48,497 bases of DNA. Source: Octopus bimaculoides. Taxonomy: Eukaryota. The stretch lies in the NCBI RefSeq assembly GCF_001194135.2, contig NC_068981.1, positions 4,336,777 through 4,385,273 on the forward strand, written 5' to 3'. Each line of letters begins with the position of its first letter. Position 1 is the first letter of the stretch. Under the pieces are notes generated by a model. That model did no database searches, had not been told where the DNA came from, and worked only from the letters and a program-made list of their open reading frames with translations. Positions 35,178 to 46,666 of the stretch are shown piece by piece. A program made the translations under genes and the position numbers.

Positions 35178-35395
35178 CTCTAGCATAATGCGATGGTTGT
35201 AAACCAGCCGTGTCCTTTGTTTTTTGTCTTCTGTGAAAACTTGTCTGGCCACGGAAGAAAATGTAACTTTATTTGGAAAGTAGTGAAGGTTGGTGACAGG
35301 AAGAGCATCGAGCCATAGAAAAAAATTTCCCCCAATGAATTCCATCTAACCCATGCAGACATGGAAAAGTAGATGTTAAAACAACGATGAAGATG
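35178..35395 (+). mobile_element. SINE 3' module (family H) with RTE-type tail
   Basis: GATGGTTGTAAA...AAAACTTGTCTGGCC...ACAGGAAGAGCATC...ACCCATGCAGACATGGAAAAG; copies at about 2989-3170 (+), 5915-6125 (-), 21040-21225 (-). Confidence 0.7.
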
Positions 35396-35966
35396 ATTTC
35401 CACCTGTAATTTAGAAAAGAATGAACCTTCCTTTCTTCAATTATTGTTTTCTATTTTGCAAAAAGATGAACTTTTCAATTATTCTATTTTCCTCTTCTAT
35501 CTTTTACTTGTTTCAGTCATTAGACTGCGGCCATGCTGGGGCACTGCCCGGAAGAATTTTTATTCAAATGAATTGATCCCTCTACTTGTTTTTTTTTTTC
35601 TTTTGCTTGGTACTTATTCTATCAGTCTCTTTTGCCAAACCACTAAGTTATGGGTGTGTAGACCCACTGGCACCAGTTGTCAAATGGTGGTGGTGGGTGG
35701 GGGAGGTCAAATACACACACACACACACCACATCTACCAAATCCACTCACAAGACTTTGGTCTGCTTGAAGCTAGTAGAAGACACTTGCCCAAGGTGCCA
35801 TGCAGTGGGACTGAACCAGGAGCCGCATGGTTAGGAAGCAAGCTTAGCACACAGCCACATTTGCATCCATGTTTTATTTCTATTTATTTTATGTCTTCCA
35901 AAATGTTTCCTTTGCGACAACAATCAATGACAAGTTTCTGTTTGTCTGTTTTTGGCTACATTCCAG

Positions 35967-36136
35967 GTTTGTTTGGAACAGGCAGGAGTACATCAACCAT
36001 TATTCCTGATTAGAGGATTCTGTCTTGCAATGGAATTAAATTTAGAAACCAATTCCATTCCTTTTGGTGCCATTGTTCTGCAGAGTTCCAGCACACGCAA
36101 AGTTTCTATCACCAACACTGGAGACATCAACGTTAA
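35967..36136 (+). CDS. HYDIN: HYDIN exon 18 (phase 0-2)
   Basis: ttccag|GTT...GTTAA|gtatgg; VCLEQAGVHQPLFLIRGFCLAMELNLETNSIPFGAIVLQSSSTRKVSITNTGDINV. Confidence 0.93.
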
Positions 36137-36169
36137 GTATGGAAGCTTTATACATAGGAGAGAGAGAGG

Positions 36170-36205
<36 letters not shown>

Positions 36206-37273
36206 ACTCGTGTGTGTATATATATATATATCTTATGGAGATGTACTTGCATAGCAAGTGACTTGATCTGAGATCGTGTGCTGAAGCAAAGACAGTTGCA
36301 GTGTGGAAGGTGTTTATAAGCCATTTAAAAACACACAAAAACCGTTAGATTCACTTCAACATTTAAATTTAATTTGTGTCAAAATATTTTCGTCGTGGTC
36401 TCTCGGAGTAGGTAGAGAGAGAGAGGGGATGGCATAAGTGATGTCATATTTAGAATTTCAACTGTTTCACCTGTTTTACCTGTGCTGAACTGCATTACGT
36501 CATTTATTGTTCAGCAGCGGCAGCAGTATGCCTACCTGTCTGTCTGTCTGTAAGTATGTCTGTATTTGTGTGTGTGTGTGTGTGTGTGTGTACATCTTTG
36601 TGTATATATTACAAACATCATCATCATGAGACACATGTAACATTGACTCATTCCCCCCTCCACTTCAACCAAACCAAATTACCTCATTAGGCACTACACC
36701 CACCTCTCTTGCCCCCACCCCCACCTCCACCTCTGCAGCCTACCCAACCATGTCCTCTTCCTGGAAACTCTCTCATTACTACCTGGATCCTCTTCTGCAT
36801 TCCTCTATCTTCCCTACCTCATCACTCATCAGTTATCCACCCTGCAACCCTACCCAACTTTCTTTTTACAGTTGTGGGCTGCCTCCCCATCCTAAAATCC
36901 CCTGCTCCCTGTACAAACTTGCATCCCCACCACCACCCATTTCCACTCACCCCCTTCAAGGGGCCATCCAGATACCTCATCTCTTATCTAACTCTCCCCC
37001 ACCCCATCTTCTCTCATCCCCCACACACAAACCTGCCATCCCCACTTGAGGTTTATAGTCCTCTGAGCTACATGGTGACCTCACGAGTGCTGGTGCCATG
37101 AAAAACTAAGCACCCAGTACACTCTATGGTGCCCCAGGATCCTGCTAAGCCATCCAACCCATGCCAGCAGGTAACAGGATTGCTAAATGATGATGGTGGT
37201 GATGATGATGGTGATGATGATGATGATGCGTTGCATTTTCTGTGTATTTTTCTTTTCGTTTTTTCTCTTTCAG

Positions 37274-37409
37274 AATTCGGTGGGATATAGACAGGCTTTC
37301 TCCAGACTTTACCATTTCTCCTGTGCAGTGTCATATGATTGTTGGTAAGCAGGTTATCTTTGAGGTGATATTTAAACCCCTGAAGATACAGCGCGATATT
37401 CGTTATAAG
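37274..37409 (+). CDS. HYDIN: HYDIN exon 19 (phase 2-0)
   Basis: tttcag|AATT...TATAAG|gtattg; IRWDIDRLSPDFTISPVQCHM...FEVIFKPLKIQRDIRYK. Confidence 0.92.
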
Positions 37410-37416
37410 GTATTGG

Positions 37417-38650
37417 TATTATTATCATTATTGTTATGATTATTATTTTATTGTCTTTGCACAGCTTCTAATGCTGGAGATGTACTTCGGTGCCAGCCGT
37501 TCGCTTCAAGTGAACTTAGGTAACACCCCTTATTTTTCAAGCACCATCCGGAGTATTTGAATGGTTCCAAGCAATGCTGTTTTCTGCAAGTGCTCCACCC
37601 TTATTGCAGCCCCTATTTGTTCCACGTACTTCTCAACATTTTTACTCACTATTCCCAGGGCTCTGACAATTATTGGTATTACTACCACCTTTTTCATCGA
37701 CCACAGCTGCTTTACCTCCCAAGCTAACCTGTCATATCTATCGACTTGTCTTTCTTCCTTATCGCATACCTTGTTGTCAGCTGGGCATCCTATATCTTTG
37801 ATCCAGCATAGTTTCCTTTCTTTTTCAATTAAGATTATGTCCGGCTTACTATTTTCTATCTCATGGTCACACTGAATCATAAAATCCCACAGGATCTTTG
37901 CATTATCATTTTTGATGATGCTTTCGGGTTTATGTTCGTACCACTTTTTTGCTCTGTCAAGTCCATACTTGTTGAAAAGTGTCCAATGGACAATCCTTGC
38001 TATATTGTCATGGCATCTCTTATATTCCTTCTGAGCTAGTGGCGTACATTGACTGGTAATATGCTATACGGTTTCACCACTTTGTCCACAAATTCCGCAC
38101 TTATTACTTTCTAATATGTTGTCTGTTCTGTATTTGATGTAATTTATTCTTAATGCTTGCTCTTGGGCAGCACAGATTAGAATCTCTGCTTCCGGTTTTA
38201 AATAACTTTTAGTCATCCATAGCTATCTTTTTTCTGTCTGTCTTATCTTCAACCTCCCTATGAAATTGTCCATGCATTCTTTTCTTTACTCACCTATTTT
38301 CAGTTTCATTCGTTTTCAATTTCTTGTATAGTGCTTTATCTTTGCAATCTTTCATCCTACACAAGCCTGACCTTCTTACTTCTAATAATAGCGGTTCTGT
38401 GGCATTTTTTACATACCATGCTATGTTGTTTTCTTCTGCTCTAATGCTGTGTTCACATCCAATAAGTCCTCTTCCCCCTCTTTTTCTTGGTACATACAGT
38501 CTGTCAGTGTCACTTTTTGGGTGGAGTATCCCATATCTAGTCAGCAACTTCCTTGTCTTTCTGTCCAAGCTGTTTAGTTTGTCTAATGTCCATGTGATTA
38601 CCCCTGCTCCATATCTAAGGAATGCAAAATGCCAACAATGCCTGTCCATG
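37417..38650 (-). mobile_element. R4/Dong-like non-LTR retrotransposon, 5'-truncated, with (TAA)n-like tail
   Basis: LRYGAG...LHPKSDTDRLYVPRKRGGRGL; zinc knuckle CGICGQSGETV*HITSQC; RLE KPDIILIEK...IKDIGCPAD...YDRLAWEVKQLW; tail 37417-37452. Confidence 0.9.
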
Positions 38651-38699
38651 AGGTTAATAAACTAACAGCCAGCTTCATCCATGCTCGCCATGATTCCCT

Positions 38700-39096
38700 C
38701 CTACTCAACCAAAGCATCGGATAGTTGTCTCACTGGTGATTTCACAACCTAAAATTTTAGATCCAATAAGGCTTGCATGGCACCTCACAGACCCTTTCCA
38801 CCCTACTGACATAATCCAGAGATAATCCAGAGCAAGATATCCAGTGCCAATAAGCTCAAGAATGCAGGAATGCCATAATCTCAAATGCAAGCAAAAGACT
38901 CCCAAAATGTTCAATTAATTGAAGAATAGTGGCGAAATCCAAGCCATATGTTAATGGACATAAGAAATGCAACCTATGTATAGCAGAAAGAGCTCATATT
39001 CTTCTTAGATCCAGCTATTCCAACACACTGATTAATTCCAGATCTGAAATTTTTAGCAGATGTAGACACATGGACAGATTTCTTTTGTCAAATTAA
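38700..39096 (+). mobile_element. Penelope-like element GIY-YIG endonuclease C-terminal remnant
   Basis: 38908-39096 reads CSIN*RIVAKSKPYVNGHKKCNLCIAERAHILL...LINSRSEIFSRCRHMDRFLLSN*, matching the W.I...A.PY....K.C.LCL.EK...LN.RSE..S.CRH...FLL tail I recall from PLE endonucleases. Confidence 0.75.
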
Positions 39097-39104
39097 AGGG
39101 CACT

Positions 39105-39440
39105 ACTTTCTTCATTATTTTTAGCGCTTTCATTCGTTTCTCGAATTAGTCAAATAAAATTTTGTGAATATACAAACAGCTTGTTTATTCATATAAAACA
39201 GATGGGTTTTTTTGGGGGGTGGGGGTGGAAGAGAACATTGTTTGTGTTTTTTTGGGTGAGGTTCCATGACAAAGGAGATGGATAGATAGAAATATAGGTA
39301 GGTAGGTAGGTAGGTAGATAGGTAGGTAGGTAGGTAGGTAGATAGGCTGATAGGTAAATGAACAAGCTGTTTATGCATTCACAAAATTCTATTTGACAAG
39401 TTTGAGAAACAAATGAAGGTGCTAATAATAATGAAGAAAT
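39105..39440. repeat. Roughly 85-bp imperfect inverted repeat enclosing (TAGG)n, probable MITE
   Basis: 39105-39190 is the reverse complement, with scattered mismatches, of 39358-39440. Confidence 0.65.
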
Positions 39441-39737
39441 AAAAAGATTTTTTTCCAAAATTCTGACNNNNNNNNNNNNNNNNNNNNNNNNNNNNNNNNN
39501 NNNNNNNNNNNNNNNNNNNNNNNNNNNNNNNNNNNNNNNNNNNNNNNNNNNNNNNNNNNNNNNNNNNNNNNNNNNNNNNNNNNNNNNNNNNNNNNNNNNN
39601 NNNNNNNNNNNNNNNNNNNNNNNNNNNNNNNNNNNNNNNNNNNNNNNNNNNNNNNNNNNNNNNNNNNNNNNNNNNNNNNNNNNNNNNNNNNNNNNNNNNN
39701 NNNNNNNNNNNNNNNNNNNNNNNNNNNNNNNNNNNNN

Positions 39738-39778
<41 letters not shown>

Positions 39779-40054
39779 CACACACAATCAGGTAAAAAAA
39801 AAAAAAGCTTATAGTGTGCTTTCCAAAGCTTCTCTGCAAGTATTGGTTACCAAATGCTATTATATTTGCTGATTGAATTAATTAACTTATTATTTATAAT
39901 ATATGTAACATTCAGCAATTAACAGCTGGTAATGATGTGCTGAAACCATTGTGGTGAAATATAACAAAGCGTGTTCAATCCATCCTCTCTTGTTAATATT
40001 TGTGTATCTGCACACACATATTTATATATGTGTATATATTGTTGTCATTGCCAG

Positions 40055-40357
40055 AATATCCCATGCTATGTGAATGAAGGAGAATACCCACCATTGTTGC
40101 TGACGCTGACAGGAACTTGTACAGGGACACCAACTGTTAGGGATATTTGTAACTTCCAAACTCATGTCCGACAAAAGGAAACCAAAAATCTGATTATCAG
40201 CAACAAAACCAACCAACTTTGGGAGCTGAGACCAATAATTGATGGAATCTATTGGCAAGGTCCTTTGAAATTTGTTGTGGAACCCCAGGTCAGCAAAGCT
40301 TATGAAATTACCTACAAACCTATGCGGATGACTGGTCCTGAAAGCAAGAAACATACG
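40055..40357 (+). CDS. HYDIN: HYDIN exon 20 (phase 0-0)
   Basis: gccag|AAT...CATACG|gtaaat; NIPCYVNEG...LTLTGTC...NFQTHVRQKET...WELRPIIDGIYWQGP...YEITYKPMRMT. Confidence 0.95.
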
Positions 40358-41290
40358 GTAAATAGAAAATAGCAGTATAATTCTGCTCTAAGCCATATTT
40401 TCAGAATGTGTGTTCTTCACATGGAATTCACACAACTATGAAAAAAAAAAGATTTAAAAAAAATTTTTTTCAAAATTAAAAAAAGATTTTTAAAAAATTT
40501 TTTCGAACATTGTTTTTAAATCATAGAATTTTTTGCTTAAATCCTAGCAATGGACCTTTAAATGTGTTTATGGGGAGAAAGATATTGAAAATATCAATAT
40601 GTCAGACAAACAAGGAAGGTATGAGGTGGTCATGAGATGTGCTAAAAATAACAGTTAAATACCCCTTAAATCATACAAAAAATTTTGGGTGGGTTTTTGC
40701 ATAGTTGTGTGGTTTCCCGTGTATAGAACACAAATTCACAAAGATGTTCTGAAAATTCCAGAAAATAAAACAAGTTGAGGTGTTATATGTCATGTGTAAA
40801 GCAGAGTTCCACTGAAATAGTTAATAATAATAATGGTTTCAAATTTTGGCACAAGGCCAGCAATGTTGGGTGAGTGAGTAAGGATGGAAAGGTGAGAGAT
40901 AGGGTGAAGGTACATAGCTTGGTGGTTGTGGTATTTGGTTTGTCATTGTATAAGTGAGGGCACATGGCTTGGTGGTTAGGGTGTTCAGCTCATGATCATA
41001 AAGCTGTAAGTTCGATTCCTGGTGGCCCATTGTGTCTTTGAGCAAGACATTTTATTTCACATTGCTCCAGTCCATTCAGCTGGCAAAAATGAGTTGTACC
41101 TGTAATTACAAAGGGTCAGCCTTGTCACATTCTGTGTCACGCTGAGTCTCCCTGAGAATTACATTAAGAGCACACATGTCTGTGGATCGGATCAACTAGA
41201 ACCCTCATTGTAACTGTTATTGTTCTATATTTATTTCTTCCTCGATGGTTATCCGACCATTTTGTCTCCAATATTTATTTCTCTTTACAG

Positions 41291-41454
41291 GGATCCATAT
41301 TGTTCCCACTGCCAGATGGGACAGGCATCTTTTACAATCTATTTGGCATTGCTGATCCTCCCAAACCTATTGATAAAATTATTCGAGACATTCCTTACAA
41401 GACAAAGTACACAGAACTTCTTCCTGTATACAACTGGAGCAAACAGACAATAAG
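41291..41454 (+). CDS. HYDIN: HYDIN exon 21 (phase 0-2)
   Basis: ttacag|GGA...ATAAG|gtacaa; GSILFPLPDGTGIFYNLFGIADPPKP...YTELLPVYNWSKQTI. Confidence 0.95.
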
Positions 41455-42207
41455 GTACAACCATATTTCTCTCCTCTCTCTCATCATATTTTCCCCCTTC
41501 TTATCATCTTCCCCTCCTCTTGTCATCTTCCTCCTCCCCCATCTGCTTGATTGTGTGGACAGGGCCTTGACTAACACCTGTCACTATATCGGTTATATTG
41601 GTCATTATGTCATCAATTTTTAATAAAGAATCTGTAAAAGAAATGGAAATCACACCTTTTCTACACATCTAACAGACTCTAATGTTTAAATTGCAATCAG
41701 TAAGTAATGAAATAAGTTTTTATAAGGGGTTGATTTCAGTTAAACCCAAGAAAACCACAGCAACCATTCCTCAACTAGCATTGTGGAAGACACATTGTAA
41801 TTTTCAAGGTATTTTCTTACAGAAATACAGAGATCAGTATGTCTTCCATATTGTACAGTATAATAAAGTTTACTTAAGATTTTAAAAACTTTTATTTCTG
41901 ATAAAGATGTTTTGTTTTTTTCTTTTCAACAGCAATTTTAAGCTTCTTTTTGAATCCTATATGTCTAACATTTATGGACACACTTAGAAAATCAAAAAGT
42001 AACACAACACCAATGGCTTTTGGAAGCATTTTTTGATATTTTGAATCACTGAAGCATGGAATAAACTACCCATATCAGTTGTTAGCTGTTGGGACACTGC
42101 ATCCTTCAGAACTTCCATGCTTCTTGGAATTCACCAACAGTACACCTGATGCCTCCCACCCACCTCAATCTTTTTTTTTTCATAAAACGACTCATTCCCT
42201 GTTCACT

Positions 42208-42238
<31 letters not shown>

Positions 42239-42950
42239 TCGTTTTGAATCTGGGTTTTGTCCCAATTAACGTGGGTAGCTGGATCTACCTCAATGCCATA
42301 GCAACTGCCTCCACACCATCTCACCCAGTTTTGGGCATCTTCCCTTTTCAAACCAACTCTTCCAATCTCCTCCTCCACCTGTCCCTTCCACATTTTCCTC
42401 GGTCCACTTCGCTTTCGCTGTCCATTCACCTCAAACTCTCGCATCTTCCTCAGAACATGCTCTTCATCCTTCCTCAACACACACCCATACCACCTCACTC
42501 CATTCGCCTTTGCCAACCATTCCACTGATTCCTCCAACCCCAGCATCCCCACAAAATCCCCCGTCCTCCTCTTATCGAACAGCCTCACCCCACACATTTC
42601 TCTCACCATTGCTCTCTCAGTCCTTCTCAAAATTACCATCTCTCTCTCTCCCTCCCTCAAACACCATGTCTCAATCCCATACAACAGATCTCACACGGCT
42701 CCTACAGACCTTTCCTTTTGTCTTCAAAGAGAACCTTCTCCCATATAACAACACTCCACATTCCCTGAACTCCACTCAGCCAAGTCTCACTCTTGACGTC
42801 ACTGCTGCTTCACATCCACCACTTACATCCACCCCGTCTCCCAAGTAACAAAACCCTCTCACCATCTCCATCTCGTCACGTAGTGCTTCCACTGACCTCC
42901 CCAGCCCTTCAGCTCCTTTCTCACATCTTCCATAAACTCATTGTGCATTA
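42208..42950 (-). mobile_element. RTE LINE 3' end with (GAT)n tail
   Basis: ORF 42232-42684 YGIETWCL...LRRTERAMVREMCGV...VRWYGCVLRK...GPRKMWKGQVEE; nested in an unclassified repeat also present at 45300-45530. Confidence 0.88.
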
Positions 42951-43121
42951 TTCTATGAACTGTTCATGCACTTTAGTCTACCTTTTCTGATGACTTAGAG
43001 TGTAGCTAAGCACTGTATACAATAAGTTCATTATTATTCATTATTATAATTAAAATTGACACTTCATAATGTACATTCTATGCTGCTTACGATTTCAGTT
43101 AAATTCTTCTCATGTTTTCAG

Positions 43122-43272
43122 CTTCAATGTGAAGAGGGAAGTCTATAAAGCTGACAAACTTGATCCCACCACAACAATAACTGGTTTAGACTACATTGAT
43201 GTCCCAGCTGGTTGTCATAAGAATTACAAACTGGATTTTCATGCTTACAAGGAAGGAGTCAGCTGCATAAAA
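43122..43272 (+). CDS. HYDIN: HYDIN exon 22 (phase 2-0)
   Basis: tttcag|CTTC...ATAAAA|gtaagt; FNVKREVYKADKLDPTTTITGLDYIDVPAGCHKNYKLDFHAYKEG. Confidence 0.95.
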
Positions 43273-45585
43273 GTAAGTCTTTGCTGTATAGTAATATATG
43301 ATAATTACGAGAGAGGAAAATTAGAATGCTCAGGGCATGTATATATATGACCGTTACCAGGGCCACGGATTGGCTCATGTGCCGGTGACACGTGAAAAGC
43401 ACCATTCGAGCATGATTGTAGCCAGCATTGCCTTACTGGCACATGTGCCGGTGGCATGTGAAAAACAACATTCGAGTGTGGTCGTTGCCAGAGCCACCGG
43501 ACTGGCTCCCGTGCAGGTAGCACGTAAAAACACCTTTTGAGTGTGAGCACGGTGGTTGCCAGAACCGCCTGACTGGCTCACCAGTCCTCAGTCAAACAGT
43601 CCAACCCATGCCAGCATGGAATGCGGACATTAAACAATGATGCTGATGATGATGATGATGATTTTATAAATTTAAAGTAAACAGAAAATGGAGAAATATA
43701 AGAAGCACCATTCAAGCGTGATTGTTGCCAGTGTCACCTTACTGGCACATGTGCCGGTGGCACGTGTAAAACAACATTCAAGTGTGGTCGTTGCCAGTGC
43801 TGCCGGACTTACTCCCGTGCAGGTTGCATGTAAAAAGCACCTTTGAGCGTGGTCGTTGCCAGAACTGCCTGACTGGTCCTCGTGCCGGTGGCACGTAAAA
43901 GCACCCACTACACTCTCAGAGTGGTTGGCGTTAGGAAGGGCATCCAGCTGTAGAAACTCTGCCAGATCAGATTGGAGCCTGGTGCAGCCATCTGGTTTCA
44001 CCAGTCCTCAGTCAAATTGTCCAACCCATGCTAGCATGGAAAGCGGATGTTAAACGACGACGACGACGATGATGATATATATATATATCCTGTTATTTTT
44101 ATGTAAAAATAATTTATATTTAGTCATAAAATGTAATAAAGAAGCCATTTTTTTGTACGAAGGGAGACAACTCGGTAAAGGGAATTAATTTCACACGCTA
44201 TCAATATTTATTTCCCTTGTTTCTCTTTGCAAACTTGTAGTTTCTTTTCTCTTATACTAAATGAAATTTCTAATATACACGCGCGCGCGGTTTAAAGGTT
44301 AAAGAACAAAAGATGCTTTCCTTCACAACCTTGGGGTCGACCAGAATAAACCCTAAATTAAAAATCCACACACACACCATACACATTATCAACCATTTCA
44401 CTTAGCTACAATCTCCAAGAACTGTCTTGACTTGGCAAACATGTCTTGCCACTTTATTAATGACCAGTTTTAATTCTACAAAGGAAAGCAAAAATCCTTA
44501 AACAGATCCCAAAGAGCACACATATGCTCATGCTCACATACAGCCGGGACATTTGTGTGTCTGTTGCTTGAAGAGAGAATCTATTTCTTCAGTTTCAATC
44601 AAGTCCAGAACCCCTATCACCAGTCCAGAACCCCTATTTTGCTCAGAGCATCAACCTCCTGAAAACTGTTGACAAAATATTCTGAATGTCTTGCTTCTCT
44701 GGGCATGGACACATTAAAGCTCTGATGTTTAGCAGCTGACTTGGCAGACACCTACAAGATTATCCACCACCATCTTTCCAACAACAACCTTGGGGCAGCT
44801 TTTGGAATTCCATGCGTCTAATAATAATGGACATGCTTTGGCTGTGTGGTAGGTAGCTTGCTTACCAGCCACATGGTTCCGGGTTCAGTCCAACTGTGTG
44901 GCACCTTGGGCAAGTGTCTTCTACTATAGCCTCGGGTCGACCAAAGCCTTGTGAGTGAATTTGGTAGACAGAGACTGAAAGAAGCCCATCGTATATATGT
45001 ATATATATGTATATATATATGTGTGTGTGTATATGTTTGTGTGTCTGTGTTTGTTCCCCCAACATCGCTTGACAACTGATGGTGGTGTGTTTACGTCCCC
45101 GTAACCTAGCGGTTCGGCAAAAGAGACCGATAGAATAAGTACTAGGCTTACAAAGAATAAGTCCTGGGTTGATTTGCTCGACTAAAAGACGGTGCTCCAG
45201 CATGGCCACAGTCAAAATGACTGAAACAAGTAAAAGAGTAAAAGAGAGAGTAACAGCCATGACTTTCAGAAACATTTTATTCACATTGAGAATCGGTGAA
45301 GCATGGAAAAAAAACTACCCACGTCAGTTGTTAGCTGTTGGGACACTTCATTCTTCAAAGCGTCCATGCTTCCTGAAATTCACCCAACAGGGCACCTTAT
45401 GTCCATCATCCCTCCTTTTTTCTTAAACAACTCATTTACTGTCCACTTCCCATGCATTTTTAGCTGTTTCTTCCGATGAGTTGTAGTGCAACTGAGCACT
45501 GTATACAATAAGTTTGTTATTATTATTATTATTATTACTATTATTATTATTATATCTTCATTATTATTCTTTTAATTTGTTTCAG

Positions 45586-45819
45586 GTAATATTTACTCAT
45601 TTAGAGACAGGTGAATACCAATTTTATGAACTGACACTCCGGTCGATTAAATCAGGAAGTATGGGAAATATAGAACTTGTCACCCCAGTTCGCTCCAGCA
45701 TCCGACATACGGTCAAAATTGAGAATCCGCTAACAGTTCCTGCTCATTTTAATTTCAATACAAACGTCTCAGAGCTGATAATTCCTGCAAGTGCAGTTTA
45801 TATTCCAGAACAATCTGAA
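45586..45819 (+). CDS. HYDIN: HYDIN exon 23 (phase 0-0)
   Basis: tttcag|GTA...TCTGAA|gtaagt; VIFTHLETGEYQFYELTLRS...IELVTPVRSS...VKIENPLTVP. Confidence 0.95.
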
Positions 45820-45861
45820 GTAAGTTCATAAATGCATTTTATTTTAAAACAATTCAGTTGC

Positions 45862-46140
45862 ACAGTTCTATATTTCAGAGATGAGGAACTATGTACATTA
45901 TTTACGTTATTTACATTATTTACGTTATTTACGTTATTTACGTTATTTACGTTATTTACATTATTTACATTATTTACGTTATTTACATTATTTACGTTAT
46001 TTACGTTATTTACATTATTTACGTTATTTACATTATTTACGTTATTTATATTATTTACATTATTTACGTTATTTACATTATTTACATTATTTACGTTATT
46101 TACATTATTTACACGGGCATATGGCATAGTGGTTAAGAGT
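45862..46140. repeat. Family C remnant: inverted tail, about 24 copies of TTATTTACR, then a plus-strand tRNA-like head
   Basis: ACAGTTCTATATTTCAGAGATGAGGAA is the reverse complement of the family C end; 9-mer array 45898-46113; GGGCATATGGCATAGTGGTTAAGAG at 46115-46140. Confidence 0.8.
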
Positions 46141-46441
46141 TATTTTATTAAATTCTTTGTTATTTTCAAAAGTAATTGCTGTATATTTCAACAGAAATAT
46201 GACAACAAAAATCGTTCTTTTGATCAAGATTAAAATCTTCCATCAAAATATCTCATTCGTTTATGTTCTAAACACCAGATTGATAACGACAGTTATTTTC
46301 CAAAATTCTTCATTATTTTAAAAATTAATTGAAACAAAGGCAGTGTATTCCAACAGAAATACGGTAAGTGAAGGGTTAATATAATTATTGGCTACATATG
46401 TTGTGGAATGTAGTTGAAGTTGAGTCTCTCCTGTTCTGCAG

Positions 46442-46666
46442 GGTGAGGTGACCATTGAATACCAACCGATTAAAATCGGTGAAGTAACTGGCAAACTGGA
46501 ACTGTTCAGCTCCGAACTGGGAAATTATTTGTATGAACTGAACCTGAAGGCCACGGCAGCAGGCTATGAGAAAAGCATCTACATGCAGACTTCCCTTGGT
46601 CAGATCATCACCCAGGTGGCCAAGTTTATTAACTACACCAAGCAGAAGACAGATTACCTGTGCAAG
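46442..46666 (+). CDS. HYDIN: HYDIN exon 24 (phase 0-0)
   Basis: ctgcag|GGT...TGCAAG|gtaaga; GEVTIEYQPIKIGEVTGKLELFSSELGNYLYELNLKAT...TSLGQ...FINYTKQKTDYLCK. Confidence 0.95.

Noticed and set aside
42985-43025. CUGAUGA followed by a CUUAG/CUAAG hairpin (relative near 45475)
   Set aside because: No GAAA, and the two copies pair in different registers, so the stem looks coincidental.
45798-46233. Four overlapping ORFs of NNV, LFT, YLR and YVI repeats
   Set aside because: Translations of the stop-free 9-bp tandem array.
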